Shown: in pieces, positions 55,178 through 64,000 of the stretch
Position numbering within the stretch: the stretch's first letter is position 1
Layout of the letters: each line of letters begins with the position of its first letter
Assembly: GCA_947487955.1 (NCBI GenBank)
Contig: CANKYV010000002.1
Coordinates: 36,466 to 100,465 of the forward strand
Reading direction: 5' to 3'
Length of the DNA stretch: 64,000 bases
Origin: Alphaproteobacteria bacterium
GTDB lineage: Bacteria > Pseudomonadota > Alphaproteobacteria > Paracaedibacterales > CAITNM01
Notes under the pieces: generated by a model
The model's database searches: none
The model's input: the letters and a program-made list of their open reading frames with translations, nothing else
What the model was told of the DNA's origin: nothing
Made by a program: the position numbers and the translations under genes

Positions 55178-56548
55178 ATGGCAAAAAACATTGTTATTAT
55201 TGGTGCTGGGCCAGGCGGATATGTGTGTGCTCTTCGTGCTGCTCAGCTTGGCGCAAATGTTACAATTATTGATTCAATGAAACGTCCTGGTGGTACATGT
55301 TTAAATATGGGGTGTATTCCCTCAAAAAATCTTTTATATGCATCTTACGAATACTACAAAGCTAGCAATCATTTTGCAAAGCTTGGAATATCTTTTGAGA
55401 GATTAGGTCTTGATATCAAGCAACTACAAACACAAAAAAAACAAGTTCTTGAAGACCTTGGTCAAGGGATTCAATTCTTGTTTAAAAAAAACTCAATTCG
55501 TTTCATTTGCGCAACTGCGCAAATAATTGATCAAAATAAGATTAAGGCTGGTGATGAGTTGCTAGGTGCTGATGCTATCGTTATAGCAACAGGATCAATT
55601 GTTAGAACTCTTCCAAATATTTCAATAGATGAATCATTAGTGCTGTCTTCAACTGGTGCTCTTGATCTTGATCACGTACCAGGAGCTATTGCTATTATTG
55701 GCGGAGGATACATTGGATTAGAGTTAGGATCAGTTTGGAATAGATTGGGATCAAAAATCCATGTCATTGAAGCTCTTGATCGTATTGCACCCGGTCTTGA
55801 TCCTGACCTTAGCCTTGCTTTGCATATAGCGCTTGAAAAACAGGGATTTGCATTTCATCTGAACTCTAAAGTAAATACTTTCAGCAAGCTCAAATCAGGA
55901 GTCGAACTAACTTTTTCTAACAATGAAAAACTTATTGTAGATAAAATTCTAGTATCAGTTGGACGTATTCCTTATACAGCAGGTCTTAACCTTGAAAAAG
56001 TTGGCGTCGAAAAAACACAGCAAGGGTATATCAAGGTAAATAAGTATTGCGAAACTGTTATTAGCAATATTTATGCTATTGGTGATGTCATAGATGGTCC
56101 TATGCTAGCTCATAAGGCAGAAGAAGAGGGAATAGCGGTTGCTGAGCACATCTTTGGCTTAAAGTCACATGTTGATTACAATGTGATTCCAGCAGTTGTG
56201 TATACTCAACCTGAAGTCGCGAGTGTCGGTTTTTCAGAACCTCAAGTGCAAGAAGTTGGCATATCCTATAAATCTAGTAAATTCCCTTTTTCTGCTAATA
56301 GCAGAGCAAAAGCAACTCATGATACTGAAGGATTTGTGAAGCTATTAAGCCATCAAGAAACAGGTCTTGTGTTGGGGGCGCATATCATCGGTAGTTGCGC
56401 AGGCTCAATGATTGCTCAAGTAGCTCAGGCTATGAGTTTACATGCAACTGTTGAAGATATTGCGCGCACGTGTCATGCGCATCCAACGCACAGTGAAGCA
56501 ATTAAGGAAGCTGCATGGGCAGGGGTTTTTAAGGCAATTCATGCTTAA
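55178..56548 (+). CDS. lpdA: Dihydrolipoyl dehydrogenase (E3)
   Basis: 456 aa with the FAD motif IIGAGPGGYVCA, the redox-active disulfide GGTCLNMGCIPSK and the C-terminal HAHPTHSEA. Confidence 0.9.
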   Translation: MAKNIVIIGAGPGGYVCALRAAQLGANVTIIDSMKRPGGTCLNMGCIPSKNLLYASYEYYKASNHFAKLGISFERLGLDIKQLQTQKKQVLEDLGQGIQFLFKKNSIRFICATAQIIDQNKIKAGDELLGADAIVIATGSIVRTLPNISIDESLVLSSTGALDLDHVPGAIAIIGGGYIGLELGSVWNRLGSKIHVIEALDRIAPGLDPDLSLALHIALEKQGFAFHLNSKVNTFSKLKSGVELTFSNNEKLIVDKILVSVGRIPYTAGLNLEKVGVEKTQQGYIKVNKYCETVISNIYAIGDVIDGPMLAHKAEEEGIAVAEHIFGLKSHVDYNVIPAVVYTQPEVASVGFSEPQVQEVGISYKSSKFPFSANSRAKATHDTEGFVKLLSHQETGLVLGAHIIGSCAGSMIAQVAQAMSLHATVEDIARTCHAHPTHSEAIKEAAWAGVFKAIHA

Positions 56549-57443
56549 TAACATCTCCCCAAACACACTTTTTTAAAGATTTATAATGCTTTGAACTACG
56601 GCTAACTGTTGGTGTTGTGATTTTTCCATCTTTAGTGCAGATTTTTAAATCTATATGCCCTCCATGAAGCCGAGGTTTTGCTACTAAACGACCAAAGTCA
56701 TTATTGTTTTTGGGGATTTTTGAAAATAACATATAACTGTAGGCTTCTTGCTCAAATCCTCGCTCCCCATTTTTAAGCATACGATGCTCTTTTGAGCGAG
56801 GTACATTAACAGAAAAATGGCACCAATCATTGGATTTCAGCGGGCAACCATTAGTGTGGCAACAAGGCCCTAAAAGGTATGCGCCTTTTGTTAGCATATA
56901 CTCTCTAACTGTTAGTAATTGCTTATAATGAGCAGACGTGCCTGGCTCTATGATTAACAAATAGTTTGCTTTTTGCCAAACATCATCCAGAATTGTCTGC
57001 CAATTTGACACTTCACCCAGAGAATAGCTGAAGATGCATAAATCAACATTTTTTGAAGGTATATCTTGATTGACGATATTATTAGGATAAAAATGTTTTA
57101 TGAATTGCATTGCGTAAGATTTTGCTTGTTGATCTTGCTCTATTAAAAAACACTCTAGATTTTGGAAATACTCACTTAGTGCAAGTGAAGCTGTTCCAAT
57201 TCCACAACCCCAATCCAAGACAGAATGAATCTCAAAATCTTTCAAATGCTGTTCAATAAGCTTCAAGCAAACACGATATGTAGCGGGAAATCTAGTGAAA
57301 ACGTAAGCTTGAATTTGTTCTAAGTTTTTATATCCAGTACGTTCTCTAGCTCTGTATTCCTGCTGTAATTCTAGATAAGCATCTTTAATATTTTTGGGTA
57401 ACCACCCTAAATGTTGCAGAACGTACTGTTGAAGAAAATCCAT
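56529..57443 (-). CDS. Rsm22-family SAM-dependent methyltransferase (homologue of mitochondrial small-subunit Rsm22)
   Basis: 304 aa with the SAM motif VLDWGCGIGTASLAL and the C-terminal Cys cluster GPCCHTNGCPL...WCHFSV, typical of COG5459/Rsm22 proteins. Confidence 0.6.
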   Translation of the reverse strand: MDFLQQYVLQHLGWLPKNIKDAYLELQQEYRARERTGYKNLEQIQAYVFTRFPATYRVCLKLIEQHLKDFEIHSVLDWGCGIGTASLALSEYFQNLECFLIEQDQQAKSYAMQFIKHFYPNNIVNQDIPSKNVDLCIFSYSLGEVSNWQTILDDVWQKANYLLIIEPGTSAHYKQLLTVREYMLTKGAYLLGPCCHTNGCPLKSNDWCHFSVNVPRSKEHRMLKNGERGFEQEAYSYMLFSKIPKNNNDFGRLVAKPRLHGGHIDLKICTKDGKITTPTVSRSSKHYKSLKKCVWGDVIKHELP

Positions 57444-57491
57444 ATAAAAAAAGGAGGCATATGCCTCCTTCCTTCTGTTAATTGAGTTATA

Positions 57492-58028
57492 TTAGTGCTG
57501 AGCGGCAGTTTTTTCAGTGCTAACTGTTTCCACTGCTTTACCCATAGTGTTTGCTGCTGCTTCAGCAACTTCTTTATGATCAGCTTTTTTCTCTTCTTCT
57601 TTTGCATTCATATTGTGATCTGCATGAGCGGTTTTCACATCATCTTTGTGAGCGTGAGCATGATGTGCTGCTGCTTCATGATGGTGATGCGTTGCTTTAT
57701 GAGCATGATGTGCGTGTGCTTTTTTTTCATCACAACATGGAGGCATAGTAATTGTTGTTAAAGGTCCCTTCCATGGGCCTTGATCTGTTCCCAAAGCTTT
57801 TGTGAGTTTGTTTGCAGCAGCACGATTCACATGCTCAACATGTGTAGCGTGATGTGCAGCATGCTCTTCATGCTTTGTTTCCATTTTTTCTTCGGCTTTA
57901 GCTTCTGGTGCTGCTGCATCCTTATGTTCAACTTCCATTGCTTCTGGCTTAGCTTCAGCCTTAGCTTCTTCTGTGTAAGCAGTTGAAACAACAAGTGTTA
58001 CAGCCAATAATTTCAATAATTCTTTCAT
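57492..58028 (-). CDS. Secreted histidine-rich protein (putative metal-binding)
   Basis: 178 aa with a signal peptide (LLKLLAVTLVVSTAYT) and about 23 His by my count. The His residues fall in two blocks (HEEHAAHHATHVEH and HAHHAHKATHHHHEAAAHHAHAH) flanking a central GPWKGPLTTITMPPCCDEKK. Confidence 0.6.
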   Translation of the reverse strand: MKELLKLLAVTLVVSTAYTEEAKAEAKPEAMEVEHKDAAAPEAKAEEKMETKHEEHAAHHATHVEHVNRAAANKLTKALGTDQGPWKGPLTTITMPPCCDEKKAHAHHAHKATHHHHEAAAHHAHAHKDDVKTAHADHNMNAKEEEKKADHKEVAEAAANTMGKAVETVSTEKTAAQH

Positions 58029-58221
58029 ATCTTAAAAACTCCATGTTAAAATTTACAGTCTTCGCATACTGCACCCTATAGCAGTAATACTACTCCATAG
58101 TCTTTATAAGGCTAGTATAATTAAAATTATAGATAATTTTTTGTTTTGTACTGTTGTATTTTCGCGACGTTTGTTGTTATAAAGAATTCATATCATTTGC
58201 TTAATAATTGCATCTTGAATT

Positions 58222-58803
58222 ATGAAAATATTTCTTACTATTTTTTTGTTATTAAATTCACTTATTGGTGCTGATGCCTCAAGAATACTGGGAGTGTATG
58301 ATGAACGACCATCTTGGTTTAATCCTAAAATAAGCGTGTCAGCATGCTATGCTTCTTGTTGTCATGAATACCTTCTATTACAACGCCAAGATGATGGTGT
58401 ATGGGGAGTCCCTGGTGGTAAAGTCGAAGGAGAAGAATCTTCGTTTAATGCAGTAATCAGAGAATTTTTTGAAGAAACACGAATATCATTGGAAGAAAAT
58501 TCTGTAGGCTACATCAAAACAGTTTACATATCTGATCCTAAGAAAGATTTTATTTTTCACATTTATGTTTTCAATTTTTGGAAGATTCCAGAAGTTATAT
58601 TATGCGAAAGGGAACATCAAGCTTACGCGTGGAAAACCTTACAAGAATCTTTGGGAATGCCTCTTCTTTGGGGTGAAAAAGAAGTGTTTGAAAGATATGT
58701 TGAATTCAAGATCCGCATTCATAATTTTCTGCAGGAATATTTAGATAGCTGGAAGCACAGTTCACTATTTGATATTCCATTATGGAATCATCAAAATTGG
58801 TGA
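58222..58803 (+). CDS. NUDIX hydrolase with N-terminal signal-like sequence
   Basis: 193 aa with the Nudix box GGKVEGEESSFNAVIREFFEETRI and the N-terminus MKIFLTIFLLLNSLIGADA. Confidence 0.7.
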   Translation: MKIFLTIFLLLNSLIGADASRILGVYDERPSWFNPKISVSACYASCCHEYLLLQRQDDGVWGVPGGKVEGEESSFNAVIREFFEETRISLEENSVGYIKTVYISDPKKDFIFHIYVFNFWKIPEVILCEREHQAYAWKTLQESLGMPLLWGEKEVFERYVEFKIRIHNFLQEYLDSWKHSSLFDIPLWNHQNW

Positions 58804-59873
58804 CTGCGTATACGCATCGCGGTACGAATAACTTCCGCAACAATTTTATAATATTCAGGTGGAATTTGTTGATCTAGGTTAACGCTGTCATACAACGACC
58901 GTGCTACAGGAGCATTTTCAACAACTGGTACTTTGTGCTCTTTTGCGATTTCACGAATTTTAAAAGCTAAGACATCTGCTCCTTTAGCAATAACTACTGG
59001 TGCATCCATGCTATCTTCTTCCCACTGTAGAGCTACTGAAAAGTGCGTTGGGTTAGTAACAACAACTGTAGCTTGAGGAATTTTCCCAAGCATTCTCGTG
59101 CGAGAGCGTTCGCGTTGAATTTCTCGGACACGCGAGCGAATCTTAGGGTCACCTTCTTGCTCTTTATGCTCGTCTTTTTGCTCTTGCACTGTCATTTTCA
59201 GATTTTCTTTAAATACATGACGCTGATACCAAAAATCAAAACCACTTACAAAAGCATAAGCAATTAAAACAATAGACAAATACTTTATGATTAGCTGATT
59301 CAGCGTTACTAGATATTCAAGCGGACTGGCCCAAAGCCATACAGTTAATCTTGTGACATGATCTTCAAATATGAAATAGAACAAAATTGCTAGAAAAATT
59401 AATTTAACCGTTGATTTTGATGTTTCCACTAAAGATTGAAGGCTAAATATACGTTGCATACCTTTCATTAGCGAAATGTGAGATACTTTTGGTTCAATAA
59501 GCTTTGCCGAAATAGCTTTATAACTTTGGCTAAGTCCTACGATTATAGCCGCTAACATAAGTACTAAAAAGGGAATCCAAAGAGCATCGACTAATTTTAA
59601 CAGAGTGCTTTTGAACAAAAATCCCAATTTACTTGGTGTGTCTACGTGTAGTTCGCATGACATGCTAATGAAACTTGCCAGAAAAGCTAATGTGCGACGA
59701 AAGCACCAAGGTAAAACCCAAGCACATACACCTAAGCAAGCAACTAAAAAAGCAAAATTGTTAAAATCTTTAGAAATAGGTGCTTGACCTTTTTTGTAAG
59801 CGTCTTCAAGGCGCTTAGCACTTGGGTCTAGGGTTTTTTGCTCTTTATCTGGACTTTCATCAGCCATGAGCAA
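58791..59873 (-). CDS. flhB: Flagellar export apparatus protein FlhB
   Basis: 360 aa with an N-terminal KTLDPSAKRLEDAYKKGQ, four TM helices and the autocleavage motif VVVTNPTHFSVAL. Confidence 0.9.
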   Translation of the reverse strand: MLMADESPDKEQKTLDPSAKRLEDAYKKGQAPISKDFNNFAFLVACLGVCAWVLPWCFRRTLAFLASFISMSCELHVDTPSKLGFLFKSTLLKLVDALWIPFLVLMLAAIIVGLSQSYKAISAKLIEPKVSHISLMKGMQRIFSLQSLVETSKSTVKLIFLAILFYFIFEDHVTRLTVWLWASPLEYLVTLNQLIIKYLSIVLIAYAFVSGFDFWYQRHVFKENLKMTVQEQKDEHKEQEGDPKIRSRVREIQRERSRTRMLGKIPQATVVVTNPTHFSVALQWEEDSMDAPVVIAKGADVLAFKIREIAKEHKVPVVENAPVARSLYDSVNLDQQIPPEYYKIVAEVIRTAMRIRSHQF

Positions 59874-60639
59874 AACCCATTATTGAATAAGCTGATGTAT
59901 TAATTTTTTCATAGAATAAAAGCATTGCTCCAAAGCTTATGAGCAAAACAAACCAACCCAAGAGAATTTGCAAAGACATACCTAGAAAAAAAACTTGTAC
60001 TTGCGGCACTAACTTACCCAGTATTCCTAAAGCAAATTGCAGAACGGTATTTACCAAAAGAAAGGGAATACTAAGTTGAAATCCTGCTCTGATTAACATA
60101 TCGCTTAGTTCGACAATTCCTTTGAAAAAATCATGTACCAAAGGAGATTGGAAAGAAAACCATTCAGATGGCAATCTAGAATAAGTAGTCAACAAGTTTT
60201 TAAATAGCATATGATGCCCATCTAGTACCAAAAAGCTGGTCATTGCCGCCATTGTTAAGAACACGCTTACAATTGATCCATGGTTTGCCTGACTTGGGTT
60301 AAAAACTGTTGCAGATGAAACTCCGGCTGAAAAACCGATTAATTGTCCAGCAAATTCAACGGCAGCAAGCGCAAATCTTGCAATAAGCCCTAGAAAGAAA
60401 CCTATTAAAAATTCGGCAAGGAATCGACAAAAAGCCCATGCGAATGTTTGTAGGGCAGGAAAATAATCATCTGGCACAAGAGGATTAAACGCTAAAGTCA
60501 AAGCTATGCAAGCAACTGCTCGAAATCGACTTGATACCTCGATTTGACTCAAAAATGGCATACCCATTACTAAGCCAAATACTCTAGCAAATACAAAGAA
60601 AAAATGATGAAAATCAGAGAACCATGCTTCAAAGGGCAA
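59860..60639 (-). CDS. fliR: Flagellar export apparatus protein FliR
   Basis: A 259-aa polytopic membrane protein between fliQ and flhB, with overlapping ends. Confidence 0.8.
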   Translation of the reverse strand: MPFEAWFSDFHHFFFVFARVFGLVMGMPFLSQIEVSSRFRAVACIALTLAFNPLVPDDYFPALQTFAWAFCRFLAEFLIGFFLGLIARFALAAVEFAGQLIGFSAGVSSATVFNPSQANHGSIVSVFLTMAAMTSFLVLDGHHMLFKNLLTTYSRLPSEWFSFQSPLVHDFFKGIVELSDMLIRAGFQLSIPFLLVNTVLQFALGILGKLVPQVQVFFLGMSLQILLGWFVLLISFGAMLLFYEKINTSAYSIMGFAHG

Positions 60640-60922
60640 CGCTGGCCTCTTTAATCATTACTAGGTTGAATATATCTCCTGCAAAATCCTGCAAAGAACT
60701 CAACATAAATGGTAACAATAAAACTAATACCCCAAAAACAGCTAGCATTTTTGGAACAAAAGTTAAAGTTTGTTCTTGAATTTGCGTAAGTGCTTGTAGT
60801 AGAGAAATTATTACACCAACTGCTAGTGCTACAAGTAAAATTGGTAAGCTTAGTTTAATGATTAACAGTACGGCTTCCCTTAACATTAGAATCGCAAGAC
60901 CTTGATCCATGAAATTACACAA
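60629..60922 (-). CDS. fliQ: Flagellar export apparatus protein FliQ
   Basis: Contains LLIIKLSLPILLVALAVGVIISLLQALTQIQEQTLTFVPK, the hallmark FliQ motif. The true start is probably the internal Met at 60910 (MDQG...). Confidence 0.85.
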   Translation of the reverse strand: MCNFMDQGLAILMLREAVLLIIKLSLPILLVALAVGVIISLLQALTQIQEQTLTFVPKMLAVFGVLVLLLPFMLSSLQDFAGDIFNLVMIKEASVAL

Positions 60923-61030
60923 TTAAAATCTATATAAAAATCTTGACACAAACAGGTAAATCGCGATAGATATTTTAGGTGCTATACATTTTATGTATAC
61001 GGAATAATTTATATTACTTAGAGAGATGCT

Positions 61031-61345
61031 ATGTTTGCAGTGATCAAAACCGGCGGAAAACAATACCGCGTAGAAGAAAATAACATCATTAAGATAGAAA
61101 AATTAGATTCTGCTGAGGGTGAAGCGATTGCTTTTGATCATGTGTTAATGATTGGCGACGAGAAGAAATCAACTATAGGTTCTCCGCTTATTGCCGGAGC
61201 AAAGGTTGAGGCGCAGGTATTGAAGCAAATGCGTGATCGTAAGGTTATTGTTTTCAAAAAGAAGCGCCGGCAGAATTATCGCCGTAAGAAGGGGCATCGC
61301 CAACACTTAACGGTTGTAAAAATTACAAAAATTATTGCAAGCTAA
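61031..61345 (+). CDS. rplU: 50S ribosomal protein L21
   Basis: MFAVIKTGGKQYRVEENNII is the canonical L21 N-terminus. 104 aa. Confidence 0.95.
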   Translation: MFAVIKTGGKQYRVEENNIIKIEKLDSAEGEAIAFDHVLMIGDEKKSTIGSPLIAGAKVEAQVLKQMRDRKVIVFKKKRRQNYRRKKGHRQHLTVVKITKIIAS

Positions 61346-61366
61346 CTAACAATAGGAGATTGATCC

Positions 61367-61624
61367 ATGGCAACGAAAAAAGCTGGTGGTAGTTCACGAA
61401 ATGGTCGTGATTCTGAGAGTAAGCGACTTGGAGTAAAGCGCTTTGGCGGACAACAAGTAATATCTGGGAATATTATAGTACGTCAGCGCGGCACTAAATT
61501 TCATCCTGGTCAAAATGTAGGTATGGGAAAAGATCATACTTTATTTGCAACAGTTGAAGGCATTGTTGAATTTTCTAAAGGTCGCTCTAATCGTTCCTTT
61601 GTGTCTGTTATTCCAGTCGCATAG
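61367..61624 (+). CDS. rpmA: 50S ribosomal protein L27
   Basis: [29 protein letters not shown]...[13 protein letters not shown] is canonical L27. Confidence 0.95.
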   Translation: MATKKAGGSSRNGRDSESKRLGVKRFGGQQVISGNIIVRQRGTKFHPGQNVGMGKDHTLFATVEGIVEFSKGRSNRSFVSVIPVA

Positions 61625-61645
61625 CGTTTGTTTTGACATCTTTTG

Positions 61646-61675
61646 GCGCTTCGAAGAGCTCGAGGCGCTTTTTTT
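61646..61675 (+). terminator. Rho-independent terminator/attenuator between rpmA and obg
   Basis: Hairpin GCGCTTCGA-AGAGC-TCGAGGCGC (9-bp stem including one G-U pair) followed by TTTTTTT. Confidence 0.7.
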
Positions 61676-61683
61676 ATAGGTGA

Positions 61684-62691
<1,008 letters not shown>

Positions 62692-62742
62692 GCTTGATTC
62701 TTGATATGGGGTTACCTGCATTTCTAGAGAGTGAAATGGAAG

Positions 62743-63438
62743 CTAACAAGGAACAGCAATACGTTGTTCTTTTTCATTTTTTTTCATAGGAATACTGGCA
62801 TGAACACGTTTTATAGCAGCGACCCCAATAATACCACTGAATTTTTGTAACGTGCGCGAAGCAATCTGCTCGAATACCCATGACCATAAATTGCCTGACC
62901 AAGTAGATGAGGGAATGGTATAAAGGTTCCGAACTACGTCAACAGGAATAAAATTATATTTTTTCATAAGCAATGAAAGTTGCGTTAGTGTGTACGGCTG
63001 TCCAAAACCAAAAGGGGTTTTATCACTGCGAACCCAAATACCACGACGATTGGGCGTAATGATTATCAGACGTCCTTCTGGGCGTAAACACCTATAGCAC
63101 TCCTGAAGTAAATTACCAGCATGTTGCGCGTATTCTAACCCATGAACAATCACGATTTCATCGAAAATATGATCAGTAAATGCCCATTCATCCTCATAAG
63201 ATAGTAATGCACGATTTTTATCGTTATCTGGCCAGGCTAACACTCCAAAATGTGCTTGCATAAGCAAGAATTCGCTTTTAGTTTGTTCAGCATAAGGTGC
63301 GCCAAATCCTACAAATAGGGTCTTTTTATTCTGATAAGTCTGTCTCAGACGTGCTAGCATTTTTTTTATAACGTTTTGTACATTATTCGATAAGGGAGAT
63401 CGATAAAATTCTTTTAAATCAACAACATCAATGTTCAT
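62743..63438 (-). CDS. Class I SAM-dependent methyltransferase (Methyltransf_11-like)
   Basis: 231 aa. FDEIVIVHGLEYAQHAGNLLQECYRCLRPEGRLIIITPN fits the post-I/II motif regions of small-molecule methyltransferases. Confidence 0.5.
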   Translation of the reverse strand: MNIDVVDLKEFYRSPLSNNVQNVIKKMLARLRQTYQNKKTLFVGFGAPYAEQTKSEFLLMQAHFGVLAWPDNDKNRALLSYEDEWAFTDHIFDEIVIVHGLEYAQHAGNLLQECYRCLRPEGRLIIITPNRRGIWVRSDKTPFGFGQPYTLTQLSLLMKKYNFIPVDVVRNLYTIPSSTWSGNLWSWVFEQIASRTLQKFSGIIGVAAIKRVHASIPMKKNEKEQRIAVPC

Positions 63439-64000
63439 TTTTTGAGATATTTCCTGACTCTAGGAACTGAAATATTAGATAGTATTCCCATGCTAAGCAT
63501 CAAAGTTATCATAGCCGTTCCTCCATAGGACATAAATGGTAAGGGTACACCTACTACTGGTAGTAAGCCCATGACCATAGCAATATTGATAAAAACATAT
63601 AAAAACAAAGTTGTAGTAATGCCAATTGCTGTTAGTTTATCAAATTTTGGTCGTGCATGATCAGCAACAGTAAATCCCCAGAAAAGTAGTGTGCTAAATA
63701 ATCCAATAACAATAAAACATCCTATTAAGCCAAATTCCTCTGCAAACATCGTAAAAATAAAGTCAGTTTGTTTCTCAGGTAAAAAATTTAAGTGACTTTG
63801 AGTGCCTTTGAGCCAACCTTTTCCTGTGAACCCTCCAGATCCAAGGGCAATTTTCGATTGAGAAATATGGTATCCAGCATGTGTAGGATCACTTTCTGGG
63901 TTCAAAAATATAAGAATACGTTTCTTTTGATAGTCATATAAAAAATTCCACAAAACTGGTATTGCGCAAATTACTGTTAGAAATCCAGCTGTGAAAAACC
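63435..64000 (-). CDS. rodA: SEDS-family peptidoglycan polymerase, RodA-like (partial, N-terminus beyond the right edge)
   Basis: Contains QSKIALGSGGFTGKGWLKGTQSHLNFLPEKQTDFIFTMFAEEFGLIG and PFMSYGGTAMITL. The reading frame stays open upstream of the listed TTG start to position 64000 (FFTAGFLTVICAIPV...), so the gene is truncated by the window. Confidence 0.7.
   Translation of the reverse strand, partial: FFTAGFLTVICAIPVLWNFLYDYQKKRILIFLNPESDPTHAGYHISQSKIALGSGGFTGKGWLKGTQSHLNFLPEKQTDFIFTMFAEEFGLIGCFIVIGLFSTLLFWGFTVADHARPKFDKLTAIGITTTLFLYVFINIAMVMGLLPVVGVPLPFMSYGGTAMITLMLSMGILSNISVPRVRKYLKK

Noticed and set aside
57495-57986. Three Cys/Phe-rich plus-strand ORFs (57495..57761, 57551..57748, 57780..57986) antisense to the His-rich gene
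   Set aside because: They are generated by the reverse complement of repetitive CAT/CAC/GCT codons. They overlap each other in different frames, and the minus-strand ORF has a signal peptide and sensible context.

Overview
A 64-kb, gene-dense, AT-rich chromosome segment (about 35-40% GC by eye, not computed) from an alphaproteobacterium. The taxonomic call rests on gene content and synteny: ntrY-ntrX-trkA, hemE-hemH, rsmG-parA-parB, a HemX/Mic60-like gene beside hemY, an Rsm22 homologue, and pcm-tolC. Secreted eukaryote-like or effector-like proteins and an interspersed hairpin repeat family suggest an intracellular, protist-associated Holosporales/Rickettsiales-like lineage, but that is inference only. 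The window appears to be origin-proximal. Two perfect 16-bp parS sites lie inside hslO and rsmG, just upstream of parAB. A dense cluster of DnaA-box-like 9-mers fills the intergenic region next to hemE, the classical alphaproteobacterial oriC position. A translationally coupled tssK-tssL-tssM-tssA operon sits between parB/tRNA-Tyr and hemH. It encodes a T6SS membrane-complex, baseplate-connector and cap module, with no sheath, tube, spike, remaining baseplate, ClpV or TssJ gene in the window. Two separate flagellar blocks are present: fliW-flgL-flgK-flgN?-flgJ-flgI and fliQ-fliR-flhB. FlgI carries an internally repeated insertion of about 160 aa. Other notable items are a divergent mitochondrial-carrier-family-like protein, a signal-peptide-bearing 2H phosphoesterase next to an Rpn/PD-(D/E)XK transposase-like gene in a repeat-flanked islet, a signal-peptide-bearing NUDIX hydrolase, a His-rich secreted protein, and a 350-bp GC-rich array of seven degenerate hairpin repeats. 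Three tRNAs (Tyr-GTA, Cys-GCA, Leu-GAG) were recognised. I saw no rRNA, CRISPR array, complete IS element or prophage. All product calls come from motif and family recognition by eye on the supplied translations. No database search was run.
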